Of a DNA stretch of 64,000 nucleotides, positions 1-13,221 are shown in pieces. Source of the DNA: Priapulus caudatus (lineage: Eukaryota); contig NW_014577080.1 of NCBI RefSeq assembly GCF_000485595.1, positions 343,423 to 407,422 on the forward strand. The letters run 5' to 3'. Numbering within the stretch: position 1 is the first letter of the stretch; each line of letters opens with the position of its first letter. The notes below the pieces were generated by a model, which was given only the letters and a program-made list of their open reading frames with translations, made no database searches and was not told the DNA's origin. The position numbers and the translations under genes are program-made.

Positions 1-619
1 ATAAAATTGTGAAATTATTGATAAAACATGTAAAAGCATCAAGGACGAATTTTCGTATTCGTTTCTTCCCTTAATAAGCTGTATTAATATATATATATAT
101 ATATCCTTCCTGTTTGCCAGTTTTAATTACGAAAAACACGAATGATGAATGAAGGGAATATGCTGGAACATGTTTGTTTTACGAGGGAAACACTGCCTCG
201 TGTTTTTGTCCGAGAAACTGTAAAGATTGTTTTAATATTTAGGAGCAGAAACAGCTGCTGGTTGTAATGTGTCATGATCCCTCAGTAATAATGTCTCAGT
301 GAGCTAGACGCGTAATGACAGATGCTCAGCAAACCCAGAGTTGTTGTGTGATTGCTAACGTATACCCTTTGTTCTGCATCGCCCTTTTTCTAATACGTCC
401 ATCTCGTAAATCCATTGCTCATGGCCAGTATACTGATGCGCTGTTAATGATTCATATAACTATCGCATGTCATACTTGATTTTGTTCGCCACTGATCGTG
501 TGCCTCATGATTAAATAGCATCTGTGCTCTCGTTCGCATTCGAAAGCTTATAGAGTTCCGATATTCTGTGCAGTAGCGCGCTGGTATGCAATCCCTTAGG
601 TCGATGAGAATCATCCAGA

Positions 620-1313
620 TCCTGGCGAGTCAGCCTTTTGCGACGACTCGCCTCGGGTGACAGTCGGCTCCTGGTGATAGTCACCCTCTTGTGATAGTTG
701 GTCCTTGGCGACAGTCAGCCCCTGGCGACAGTCAGCTCCTGGTGACTCTAAGCTATTTGCGAAAGTCCGCCTTTGGTGACAGTCAATCCCTGGTGACAGT
801 CAGTCCCTGAAGACAGTCGGCTCCTGGTGACAGTCAGTCCCTGAAGACAGTCGGCTCCTGGTGATAGTCAGCCTCTGGTGATAGTTGGCCCCTGGCGACA
901 GTCAGCTCCTGGTGACTCTAAGCTATTTGCGAAAGTCAGCCTTTGGTGACAGTCAATCCCTGAAGACAGTCAGCCTCTAGTGACAGTCGGCCCCTGGCTA
1001 CAGTCAACCTCTTGCGACAGTCAGCCCCTGGCGACAGTAAGTGTCTGGCGACAGTCAGCCTTTGGCGATCGTCAGTCTCTGGTGACAGTCAGCCTTTGGC
1101 GACAGTCGGCCCCTAGCTACAGTCACCTTCTTGCAACAGTCAGCCCCTGGCGACAGTCAGTGTCTGGCGACAGTCATCTTTTGGTGACAGTCAGCCTCTG
1201 GCGACAGTCAGCCTCTTGCGACAGTCAGCCCCTGGCGACAGTCAGCCCCTGGCGACAGTCAGCCCCTGGCGACAGTCAACCCCTGGCGACAGTCAGCCCC
1301 TGGCGACAGTCAG
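620..1313. repeat. Minisatellite, 17-bp unit GGCGACAGTCAGCCCCT, degenerate at left and nearly perfect at right
   Basis: Unit visible in tandem, e.g. 1200-1310. ORF 980..1429 is its translation. Confidence 0.95.
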
Positions 1314-2717
1314 GGCCTCATGGGATCGGCCTCGTGGTGCCGCGAATATTTCGCTGTGCCTCTCAGAGCAAGGCTCCCTGTTATGACACTGATGGTCATA
1401 GGAACCTTTCCATGCGCTTGCCTCCTTAAATTGCGAAGCAATATAACAATGACAGGCAGTGCGTGGACTGTGCAGTAATCCCCAGTGCGAGGGACAGCAG
1501 AGGAGGTAAACGACAGGTGTCCGATATGTAATTGGGGGGAGGGGCGCGGGCTCGGTGCATGTCGAGTTTAGCACGGCGCATCTTATTTCTCACTTCCAGC
1601 AGCGCGCGGTTTAAATAACAAGTCACGATGGAGGCTGACTCCGCCTGCGTTCATTACACGGGTAGCAGCCCACGAGCAACGTGTGTCGGCGGTCACTAAA
1701 GCGGTACGATGTGCGTTGAGGCATCTAAAATAAGGCACCGTTAGTCGCAGTCGGATCGTGGAAGGTAGCTAATCGCAGGTGTCGTTGGCGTGTGTCACGG
1801 TGAATCTAGAGCATTGGAGTGTCGGCTTAAGCTGGGCGGCACATGCAGTTTGCCCGTGCCTGAGTGAATGTCGAAGCACACGTCCTCCGCAGACCTCGTG
1901 TAGGAATCATCCGTTTTCACAAACACGATCATAGATAAATAAACGTACAGTAATTCTACTTAACTGTTCGTATTTCTAAGCCCGATATGGTTTAACCCAA
2001 ATATATTCGATTTGGAAAATCTCTGAACGTGCAGATGTATAGCAAGTTTATATTTATTGCCTTAGATTTATAATTCTAGGAATGTGATATTTTTTTAGAA
2101 CTAAATTTAATGTTAGAGATTCGGCCATTTAAGTTTGGATTATTTTTATCAAGCTCAACATATGATATTATGATATGTAAATTTATCATAAATTATAAGG
2201 AAGTTCTAATATCGTCGTTTTATGGTGAACGATATTGGCATACCAGCCAGACCGCCATCAGCGAATGAACCATGTGCGTGCGCCACGTCCATATTGACGT
2301 TCCCCCATGTGTCGCATGAAGGCTTCTGTCGCTGTTTGTGTGCCCCCCCTACTCGCGCTTTGCCTTGCATCCTCCTTTCAGAAGGTAAACAGACGCAGTG
2401 GTGATGTACTAGCGCGACCCGGGCCTCCCGCTGCTGCTGTAACAGACGATGAATCGTCTTGCTTGGGTGGTCGGCGGGAGTACTACTAGAACATAGTGTC
2501 TTTGATGGCGTCTCGGCAGTCTGGCTATATCAGATGTCGCTGTTGACTGTAGCGCGCGCGCGCGTAGATATGCCCGCAGGACGATAACGTCGCCACTTAG
2601 TACGCTCGTGACAAACGCGGGCGGAAGACGTTTTATAGTGCAAATTGACTTTCATTAATTCGTGCATCCTCCGTACGAAACGACGACGTCTCAGCGGCAA
2701 CGTAAGATTACTAGATT

Positions 2718-2810
2718 AGCGTGCGGCAGGCAGGCAGGCAGGCAGGCAAGCAGGCAGCGCCGGCGTGCGGCAGGCAGGCAGGCAGGCAGGCAGGCAGCGC
2801 CGGCGTGCGG

Positions 2811-2865
<55 letters not shown>

Positions 2866-2870
2866 CGCCG
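2718..2870. repeat. (GGCA)n microsatellite interrupted by GCGCCGGCGTGC
   Basis: Direct inspection. Confidence 0.95.
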
Positions 2871-3600
2871 ATGAAGCGCTCGTGTATTTATCCACACGCG
2901 TCAAAGTCGCGTCACGCGTTTCGGCGTGATCTTTAAGAAAGAAAAAAACGTGTTCGCGAGTTATCGATAGCGTCCGCGCTGTACTGGCCGCTGTCCATCG
3001 CGGAGATACGAATTAAATGTTTCCGTTTGCTGCTGCTGCTGCTGCCGATGCTCGCATCAAAGTGGTTTCGATTTCGACTCGTCGCTGCCTTGTTCTCCGT
3101 TACATGCCGCAGGTGTTCGCGGTTTCTACGGACGCATGTTGAACCCACACGGGAGCTCGGCCGTCGTTTGTCATGCACGTCGCGCCTGTACGATGCTACA
3201 CGCACGCCGACACGCACTGCGCGTGTATATCACGCGCGTTACTGTCTCGCTGTAACATCATGTTGTTCGGCATAGCGGTCGGAATATTAATTTATTGCTC
3301 TCCCGCGCCTGCTGAAGATGATAGCCATAACGAAAACGGTGAAACAGTTCAACCAGGGCTTTTTTTGTGCGGCGATGACTTGCCGTTTCTGTGTGTGTTT
3401 TACAACAAATACGATTTAACAAACACCTGGCATTGCCATGTTTCCGTTTTGAGATCCGCAGTATAATGATGTTTTTTGCCTAGCTTATTAATTTTGGCTT
3501 TCGGTGTATTTCAGGTTAATGTGACGTGTAAAATATCACACGTACCCTACTAGATGTTACAGTTTCTCGTCACCCGTGCCTTTTTTCGTTCTTTTCGCAG

Positions 3601-3710
3601 ATACGGAGTAAAGTGAGCGCAGCAGCCGGATGACTGGGAATATGTGAGACAAATCACTGCAGGACTACAGTTATCCCTGAGCGACATCGGAATGCAAGAC
3701 CTTGTGAAAG
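3601..3710 (+). other. tutl: 5' UTR portion of the first coding exon of the turtle-like gene (an upstream non-coding exon is implied)
   Basis: Strong acceptor TTTTTTCGTTCTTTTCGCAG ending at 3600, 110 nt upstream of the signal-peptide ATG. Confidence 0.6.
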
Positions 3711-3804
3711 ATGTCGCTTGGCTTCACTGAATCCCTACGAACATCACTGTGCCTGCTACTGTGTTACCTGCTCACATCTGTACAAGGATTGCCGTCTGTT
3801 TCCG
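3711..3804 (+). CDS. tutl: Turtle-like exon: signal peptide MSLGFTESLRTSLCLLLCYLLTSVQGLPSVS
   Basis: ATG 3711, hydrophobic core, VQG|LP cleavage-like site, phase-1 donor G|GTGAGC matching the phase-1 acceptor at 37676. Linkage across the 34-kb intron is inferred. Confidence 0.75.
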
Positions 3805-3843
3805 GTGAGCACCTAACAGTAATTGCTTACATCTTCGTCCCAT

Positions 3844-3885
3844 CAGGAGTAAATAATCACGAATGTTTGTGATTGTTAACTCCTG
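3844..3885. mobile_element. Mini TIR remnant CAGGAG...CTCCTG (42 bp)
   Basis: Hairpin; flanks GTCCCAT/AGTCCAT (degenerate 7-bp TSD). Confidence 0.6.
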
Positions 3886-4584
3886 AGTCCATGTTTGCTG
3901 CCTATATCTGACCGTGTTTCCGCATATCCGACAATCGAATGTCCTTTTATTCGAATATCGAAATCGATAAAATCGAATGTTACTGGTGTGCGTGCAGTCT
4001 AAAAAAAAACATTTAAGTTTGGTATTTTATATTGTTCTGGGAACTGAGTGGGTTATATGCGCGTATAGCTTACGTGTAAGATGAGTTGGAGCGATGTAGG
4101 TAGGCCTAATCTGTAATGCGTATACGTCGTACAATGTCATGCGGCGTGTCCCCGTTGTTGGCTGTCATGTGCAGAAGCAATGCCTTCACATCATCCCGTG
4201 TATTGGAGTGTACGCTCGGGCGTTCTTGCGTGCGCATGCATGTGAGTGTAGGACTGAGTAGCTAGGTTATTCTGATGCCGACTTACGTTCATCTACATAT
4301 TTCTCTATGCGCATGGCTTTAGGTCAAAACAATTATTCTCTGATATGGAAATATTAGCCGGTAGTCATTTTACATCGAGCTACATGTATATCATCTCAGA
4401 TAGCGTGCATATATGTATGGTACGTTCGATGGTAAGCACCGTGACTGTAAGTGGGCCGGTCTATATAACATGTGCCCTAGAAACGCACATTTCCTCCTTC
4501 ATTGAAAGGGTTGAAAGAGGGACAGAGATGAGTATACGTGTATGCGCGATAGAAATAGAGCAAGAGCGAGAGCATGGGATAGGG

Positions 4585-5027
<443 letters not shown>

Positions 5028-5779
5028 TGAGGCGGGCGAACGTACGGATGGCGAGACATGTAGGGAAACGTACTGGTTGAAGCGGAGATGATAAGCGGAA
5101 GACGAGAAGACGAGAGAGAAAGAGAGGTCGGGGTAATCGAGGATAGCAGAAGCGAGTGAATATCAACGAGCAGCCAGCTCGCGGTGTAGAGCGCAGCGCG
5201 GTAGTTTGTATATACATGGGAGCGGACCGAACGAGTTTGCACATGGTAGATTGAAAACCACATCAGTCGCACTGCCTCGTTCACGACTGTACATCGATGC
5301 TGGTGATGATAGCTCAGCATGCATGCATGCATCCAGTCGCGCGCTGTGTGTGTTCGCGGAAAAATAGTGGCTTCGTTCGCATTATGACGCTTCTGCTCTT
5401 GACACTGGCGTTGATGACTACACGAGGTCAGTGTTAGTAGTTGGCAATAAGCGCGCTCTGCAGATGTTGGCAGAAGCTAATTCAACCGATGAACGACGCC
5501 TTTATGGTGCGCACCTATTGATGAAACGAAGCCCGAAATCTATCATTATAAACCCGCCAAATTGCTCTCCTCAGTCCGCGGTTTCATCTCAGTCTCATTA
5601 TTTGCGCTACTAAATTGCCCTAGAAATATGTTAGGGATGTGCGAAAAGTGAAATTAAAAGTGCAATATGCGCACTTGACTGGCGTAAAGGCGCATTAGTT
5701 TCAGATGTAAAATCTATTACGTTTATAGTGAGCTAGTGATTCATTATTCATTTACACGCACGCGCAAGTACGTATGTGG

Positions 5780-5857
5780 TCAGACATACAGAAAGCCAGC
5801 AAGTCGGTCAGTCAGACAAACAGGCAGACATACAGACAGACACATACATACATACAT

Positions 5858-5949
<92 letters not shown>

Positions 5950-5971
5950 TCAGAGAGCCAGCAAGTCAGTC

Positions 5972-6048
<77 letters not shown>

Positions 6049-6090
6049 TCCAGCCAACCAGACAGACAGACAAATAGACAGATGGATAAA
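5780..6090. repeat. Compound (GACA)n/(CATA)n/(GGCA)n microsatellite
   Basis: Direct inspection. Confidence 0.95.
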
Positions 6091-6769
6091 TAGACAAATA
6101 GCCAACCAGACCAAATAGTACCTATTCTCAGCAAATGACATTGATTTTTCCTACAAGTTTTCCATAATGTATATGTATATGTATATCATGTATGTATGTA
6201 TGTATGTATGTATGTGTATCATGTATATGTATAGTATACATCATACCTCATAAATTATCAAAACGAATGAGTACAGGCACCGTATAATAATTTCCATCAA
6301 GTGCTAGAGTTAATATTATAAGCAATAATATATTTTTAAACTGGTCGAAGCGCTTTCAATAAGATGTGTGGCATTACCCATTTGTATTTATAAAAATGTC
6401 AATGGAAAACCCATTCTACATTTTGAAGTTCATTTTGATAATCCGTCGAGTATCTTCGTTATCGTTATAGCTGTAGCTTATCTCTATCTTTACCGAGAGC
6501 ATAATCGACAGGGAGCAATAGAAATGCCATCGGTATGGGGCACGTTTTAGTTTATATTTTATGAGCTGCCGATTTGCTGTAGAGGTGCAAAATGCAGCGT
6601 GCATTAGCTTGCTACCCCCTGGGGAATTGGAAGCTTCAACCGGCAGGGCTGTATCAAGTCCGCATTACCTAATTACAGGGTGACTGCACACCGCATGTCG
6701 GCAACCGACTCGCCGTTGCTGACGGTAATTCTCATGAAACGAAAATGACCGCCAACAAACTCGTGAACA

Positions 6770-6876
6770 GCACGCGCGCGCGCACGCGCACGCATATGCA
6801 CGCACGCGCACGCGCACGCATATGCACACACGCGGACGCACACGCACGCGCGCGCGAACGCAACACACACACACGC

Positions 6877-6911
<35 letters not shown>

Positions 6912-6920
6912 TGTATGTGT
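6770..6920. repeat. (GCAC)-rich tract followed by (GTGC)n, self-complementary
   Basis: Direct inspection. Confidence 0.85.
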
Positions 6921-7683
6921 ATAGGGCCTATGTAGCGCTCGCGTCTGAGTGGGCCTGTCCTTTCACGCTCACCTCTGTCACACGTACCTGGTCGATTCAT
7001 TTCATAGGGAATTTCAAGTAGATGATAGGGAATTCCCTTTTATCTACTTCTGTTGACATCTATTTCCGATACGTGACGCGGCTGTTACATCGCATTTGTG
7101 TAAACTTATTTTCAGTAGAAAAGCTAGTCTAGTATAAAAAGTCGCGCGCGTTAGTATAAACGGTGGTTTCATTACGTAACGCCTAGTTGTTGTTTTTATC
7201 TAATCATGCGCACGAATATGAACAAATAACCATTTTTACGATTATCGTAATCTATATCTTGTCTTCAGATAGTATATTAACTTAACATTAATTACTGAAA
7301 TCTCATAAAAAAAACGTATCACGTTGTAACATCTATAACACTTTTTTCATCTAAACATAATCACGGCCAGCACGTCGTATAATTATAAGCGATTTAATTT
7401 ATTAAATTATTTTAATTGCGCTTTACAAAGTTGCTTATCGTTTGAATTATTTATATAAAATAATAATGTAATTTATTAATTAAACAGTAAACTCTAATTA
7501 AGAAAACAATGATTTAGTATCACTCACATTGTGTAATTTGTAATTACCGGCGTATGACCCCTCAATTCTTCACCTACGATACATGATCATTAGTGGGGCA
7601 ATCGATAAATTAGACGAATTTAATCATTTGAGTGACATATAATGAGATCAATGACTATACGACTGATAACTCATGCGCATCTA

Positions 7684-7783
7684 TATGCGGCGGTGGTAGT
7701 TGTGAGCTAATGTTGAACTCGTTTATGTGGTGGTGGTAGTAGTGAGCGAATGTTCAACTCTGTAATGCGACGGTGGTAGTAGT
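7684..7783. repeat. About 3 degenerate tandem copies of a ~39-bp unit ATGCGGCGGTGGTAGTTGTGAGCTAATGTTGAACTC
   Basis: Direct inspection. Confidence 0.8.
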
Positions 7784-9659
7784 CTAATTGTATCATATGT
7801 ATCGTTTGTTTTGCAGTTCGTTCATTATAGTCATTGTGTTTCATGTGGTTGTTTTTGGAGTTAATTTATGAATAGCTAAGGATGTCTTGAACCTAGGTTG
7901 GTGCTGAATGTGCCGAAAGCGACCATTTTACATTGGGCACCAAACTGGTTCTAAGTGTTTTTGGGCAGAAATAGTCATATGAGTTTTCGATTATTTTATA
8001 TTATTTTATTATGTGTTGAAACTACGCACATTTGACATCGGTGAGAGTATACTAGATCCTCAGTAAACGTGATATAGAAAAAACGCATGCATACAGTACA
8101 TGTATCAGATGACAATGAGTGAGTAATGTATTTTAACTGCATGCACATTATTAAGAGAGCTATTGATATTGCAGGGACTTATTCATTTTATAGTAATTTT
8201 TATCCATTAGAGTCGTGTTTGCTGCCACTCGCTTCCAAGTTTGCAGCATTTATAAATTGTACATATATATGCGCGTACGTAGATACACTCAGGAATATTA
8301 GCTGAGAGAGATTTGTTGGACCCTGAATTTTAAACTGAATTTTAAATCATGTAGGATGGACATGACTTTAAATGATGCACTGATGAATACACGAATATAT
8401 CAATTTTATGTATACCTTTTGATGTAAACATTAGAATGATACCGTTTGTGCTGTTTCATATAGATGTAGAGGTGTATGTGTACCTAAATTATTCACATAG
8501 ACATGCACGTCTGTTTCCGTGCATCTTTTACGGATACCTACACTTACATCTACACCCATACTCCTACACATACGCTTACACGTATACGTACACATGCACG
8601 CACCTAAATAATAAGACCTATACACTTATACTTGCAACTACATCAATAATATCACATACACTTACACTTACACCTACGACTACACTTTTACCTACACATA
8701 CACCTGCATCAATACTAACACCTTTGCCTTCACTAATACTTAACACCTACAGCCTGTATGTAAACCCACCATTACTCGTAACTATACCTACCTACCCCTA
8801 TAATACCGACAGCTACAACCTATGCGTACACTATGTGCACGCGCACGCGTATGCAGTAATTTTAATGCGTATAAACATTTATGCATAATTAGCATCAAAC
8901 TGACAAAAATGTGCATGCGTGTGTGCGTGCATGCGTGTTTACTGTGTGGAGTGAATCTGGTATTTCGAGTGAATCGTAAAACGAGAAAATTGTAAAGCTA
9001 TAGCAGAATGTTTGAGTACCTGAATGTTTTATTTTCCTATAGTCGCACGCTTCGGTAGATTTATTCATGGCTACGACATAACAAAATAATTTAACAGCGA
9101 ACAGGTTCTATAGTGCTAGTCCGCTCGTTTATTTAGGCCCGTCTAGTGCTGATGGAATTTTATGCAACTTACGTATGCCTGTTAACATCAAAAGGTAGAG
9201 GATATATACATCAGTCGCGTTGATTTAAAGCCGACAAAGGTCTTGTGTGGTTTCGAAATAGCTTCGTCCTGGTTAATGAAAACGTACTCATCTTTAGTCC
9301 GCGAAGATACAAGATAATCTTAATCTATAATATTATTCTCTTAGGAAACCTGATCACGTTTGAATCACGATCACATCACGTCACACCAGGTCATCAGGAT
9401 CACATCACGTCACACCAGGTCATCTTGGATCGTTGCATGGCGTCCTGATTTCACGTTGTTCTGGGGTTAGCCTTTTTATCGCTGAGACTGAGTATTATTT
9501 CAGCATATATCTGCTATGACTATGGAAACCTACGGTGTGGTTTGAAGGTGGAAACACACATACTAATCTTGTACTACAACGTCTTCTTGAAGATTTTCCT
9601 TCAATATTAGTTGTTTACCCGCGTGTGTATAATTTTATATACCAAGAATATATGAAAAC

Positions 9660-10055
9660 TAATATATATATATATATATAATATATATATAGTATAATTA
9701 TATATAATATAACTTATGAAATTATACATACATACATACATACATACAAATACATACATACATAACATAACATACATACATACATACATACATACATGCA
9801 TGCATGCATAGCATGCCATGCATGAGCATGCATGCAGTGCCATACATTAATATATACATACAATACAATACATACATACATAGATACATACAGCAGACAC
9901 ACAAAAAACAAAAAACACACACACACACACACCACACACACACACATCACACACACAACACACACATACATACATACATACATACATACGCACACACACA
10001 CGCACACGCACACGCACACACGCACACACACACACACACACATACACACATAAAC
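9660..10055. repeat. Compound (TA)n/(CATA)n/(CA)n microsatellite
   Basis: Direct inspection. Confidence 0.95.
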
Positions 10056-10399
10056 ACAAAATACATATGCATACTTATGTACTACAAGACTGATATAATT
10101 TGTGGGCCAAACATTAATAGAATTTTGGTCTACGATCACCACTGTATAAAGCTCACGTACGCGAAAATGTGTTTTAGATTTCGAACGCAGCCGAAAGTAG
10201 AACTGTTCCGACAAGGAGCGTGTAAGTCGCTCAGATTGGCGGACGCTTTTTTTGCCCCGGTCAGGATTTGATTAATGCGCTGAAATTAGCTGAAATTCGC
10301 GTTTCACATAAAGCACACTGCCGACGACGATTGCTCTTGCTCCATCGCATCCATCACGGGCTGTAGAAGTTCATTACAGGCGATCCACCCGAAGTGTTT

Positions 10400-10625
10400 T
10401 CAGCCACGGCGAACCGCGCCAGAGCGCAGCGAACTTCGCAACAAAATTTGATTGTAATAGACTCGAATCTACTTGGCTTGTCGCGACAGCGCAGCTTGCA
10501 ACTTTCTTGCTGCGAACCAGTACCTGCACGAAGTGAAAAAAAAACTGGGAGTGGAAGAAAGCGATGCGATGAAGATTCGGTGCGTGCGGCACACAGGCCA
10601 ACCCCTGACTTTCTGCTTTGATTGT
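10400..10625 (+). pseudogene. Possible decayed hAT transposase fragment
   Basis: RDSAACNFLAA...KIRCVRHTGQ resembles the hAT second catalytic D motif (D-N/S-A-x-N) followed by CxxH; the upstream part needs frameshifts. Confidence 0.35.
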
Positions 10626-10981
10626 AAGTGGCTAACGAAAATGTACAGCATACGCTGGCATTGTATACTTTTCATTTCGTTTCTTGGCTAAAAAACAGAA
10701 GAAGGCTGTTTTTTAGGAACAGCGAATAAGGTGTGGAAGGCCGGTGCCTCCGGAATCGAATAGCTGCATGATCCGTACGGAATCTGTGCTGACGGACCAT
10801 GTCCGTGCAGTTAGCATTTCTTCTTATCGATGTTTCTGCAACACGTACAGAACCCGAGTCTAGGTTGGCGCAAAAGGGAAGTGCTATAGGCTTCCCCTCG
10901 GGAAAAAAGTCATGCAGAAAGTCGTCGGGGAATCATTCATGCAAAAACTTTTCAGCCGTTCTTATACAATATATCACATTT

Positions 10982-11198
10982 CAGGGTTTCTTCTGAGGGA
11001 AAATTAGACAAAGGAGGTAATGGCCAGTTTGGGAAAAAAATGCGCATGATGGATTCAAATACAGGATGTATTGATATACTTATAGGTATATAGATACAGG
11101 ATATACTTATCAGTAAATACAGAAACATTTTCACAACGGTGATGTTAAATTTGACAACGGCGGTGCGCCACTGTGCCTCTTATGTATAAGAAACCCTG
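10982..11198. mobile_element. hAT-like MITE, TIR CAGGGTTTCTT...AAGAAACCCTG
   Basis: Perfect 11-bp TIR; CATTT repeated on both sides. Confidence 0.8.
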
Positions 11199-11474
11199 CA
11201 TTTATATAAACGCCTGTGTTACAAATAATTCCATTATTATAGTCAGAGCAAATATTTCTTGCTGAAGACGCTGACGATGAGATTTTAAGCCCTAGTTTTA
11301 GACCTCTTTAAACCCTAGTTTAGATAGCTTTGGGCCCCTACTCACACCCCACCTTTCCCCACGTCTGGGACCTAACCACCGTCTCGCGTTGGGCAATCAC
11401 TGATGCCACCTCTGATCTGAGTACGTTGTAGTAGCTGACAGTCTCGCGTAGTAGTATTTAACACCAGCGCCCAT

Positions 11475-11735
11475 ATACACACGCGCGCACGCATTCGCGT
11501 ACACACAACACACCCGGTTACGCTCGCACCCCGTGTACGCAGTCGTGCATGCACGCACACACAGTCGCGCTTGCACGCACTTACACACACGCCCACACGT
11601 ATACACACGCACACGCGGTAACGATCGCACACACGTACACACGAGCACACACGCGCACGCACGTACACGCGAGCACACACGCGCGCGCACGTACGCACGA
11701 GCACACGCACGCACGAGCACACGCACGCACGCATG
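11475..11735. repeat. Degenerate (CA/CG)-rich low-complexity tract
   Basis: Direct inspection. Confidence 0.85.
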
Positions 11736-12290
11736 TATACAAACTTCGTTAGACGGCTGCACCACTAACGTCAAGATGTTTTACATGTAAATGTTAAAGT
11801 TGAGCCAAATTAAATTATTACCAGGAATTAATCCAATGTAATCACCCTTAACTGTAACGTGTCTTTTATACTATAGTGCTAACGTTGGATCAGCGGCAAG
11901 GATCATGGAAGGATTAGGGAAATAGAGTAAGTTACAATGTGTACGCATGCATATACATACTAGCATCAATTTCCTGGTTTTGATGGCGGCTATGCAGCTC
12001 TCCTTCTGGTCAGTCCTATAAGCTCCCTGGTAATCGCCAAGAAGCAAGTTTCCGTAGTCAAGTAAGTCATGACGTCAAAAGCAGCTTTCGCTGTTGGCCT
12101 ACAGCCCCTGATTCTACATATCTCAAAATTCTTTGAACACGTATTATGGGTTGTTCTCTTTCAACGCTTGGCATGTAAATTTTTGAGTGATCTCTTAGCG
12201 GTATGCTATTTCATATTTAATGAAGGTTTTAAGAAAGTAGTGGTTGTCTACGAAGGTGGATTATGTTGGAAAGACAGCAGCACTTTATTA

Positions 12291-13215
12291 ATACCCCATT
12301 CACACCAGGGCCCCGATCTCACTACGCTCGTACTACGCTCTAAGAGCGTGGTGGAGCGCGGGGCAGTCACCATGAGCGTGGAGAGCGTGGCCAAACTTTG
12401 AGCATGTTCAAAACAATCGTGGTGCGAGCGTGGCGGAAAGACAGCGCAGTGCGGGCATATTAGAGACGTGGAAGGCGTAGTACCTACGTAACTCGAGCGT
12501 AGTACGAACTTATAATGATCGTATCGCAAGCGTGTCGGATGCGTGAAAATTGTCGCCCCGTTCTCAGCACGATGTTAATACGTTTTGTTTGCATCACGCT
12601 GTTACTACGTCCATGGAGATGTCTCTGCGACCTGACCACGCTCTCGCTATGACCATGGTGCGTCTCTAGCAAGCTCGACTCGTTCGTACTACGATTGTAC
12701 TACGCCCAACGCGCTTGTTTCAGACCACGCCGTTGTGGCGTTCGCATTACGTGTTAGTTGCGTCAATACCACGTTCAGATCACGTCCTGCGTCCTGGGGT
12801 ATACATTGGGGTGCTACCCTGGCCACCCCACCAGTGTCCACTATGGATGAGGCAACACTACTCCATGCCATGTTTCTCGTAGAAGGACAACTCGAATTAC
12901 TTGATTGCCAAACCCTCATCATGCTGAGGAGGATGAGGAGGAGAAATAGAAGTCTTTTGGCGGCATAGTTGTAGCATACTATTATACTATTATGGGTATA
13001 AAATCAGTAGAAAATAATCTTGATGTGAACAGCACGGCAGAACGAATGATGATGTCTAGAACATGGCGCGGTATTTATATGGTCGTTGCGAGCGCAGTCG
13101 GCGACTGCCTAGAGCGTGATTAAGTCGCACTAGGAGCGTGACTGGCGCGCAGTTGAGGCGCGGTGAGCGTTGCTTAGGCGCAGTGCAAGCGTCGTTCGAA
13201 CGCAATGCGATCTGA
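12291..13215 (+). mobile_element. Internally deleted PIF/Harbinger element, copy 1 (transposase 5' end at 12843-12948 fused to the opposite-end region)
   Basis: TIR-like ATACCCCATTCACACC after TTA; MDEATLLHAMFLVEGQL... matches the start of the transposase in copy 2; 13071-13215 is the inverse of 13487-13631. Confidence 0.8.
13044..13079 (-). promoter_or_regulatory. TATA box plus Inr-like motif carried by the Harbinger element (probable promoter of its second gene)
   Basis: Minus strand TATAAATA (13079-13072) and TCATTC about 32 nt downstream; ATG CCG CCA AAA at 12966 just before the deletion junction. Confidence 0.5.
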
Positions 13216-13221
13216 ATATTA

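Noticed and set aside
620..1313. CRISPR-like array or coding ORF 980..1429
   Set aside because: Contiguous tandem units with no unique spacers, eukaryotic context, no cas genes; the ORF is repeat translation.
10473..10691. TRIM B-box exon of a nested gene
   Set aside because: No intact RING upstream, incomplete Cys/His pattern, no partner exons; hAT remnant fits better.
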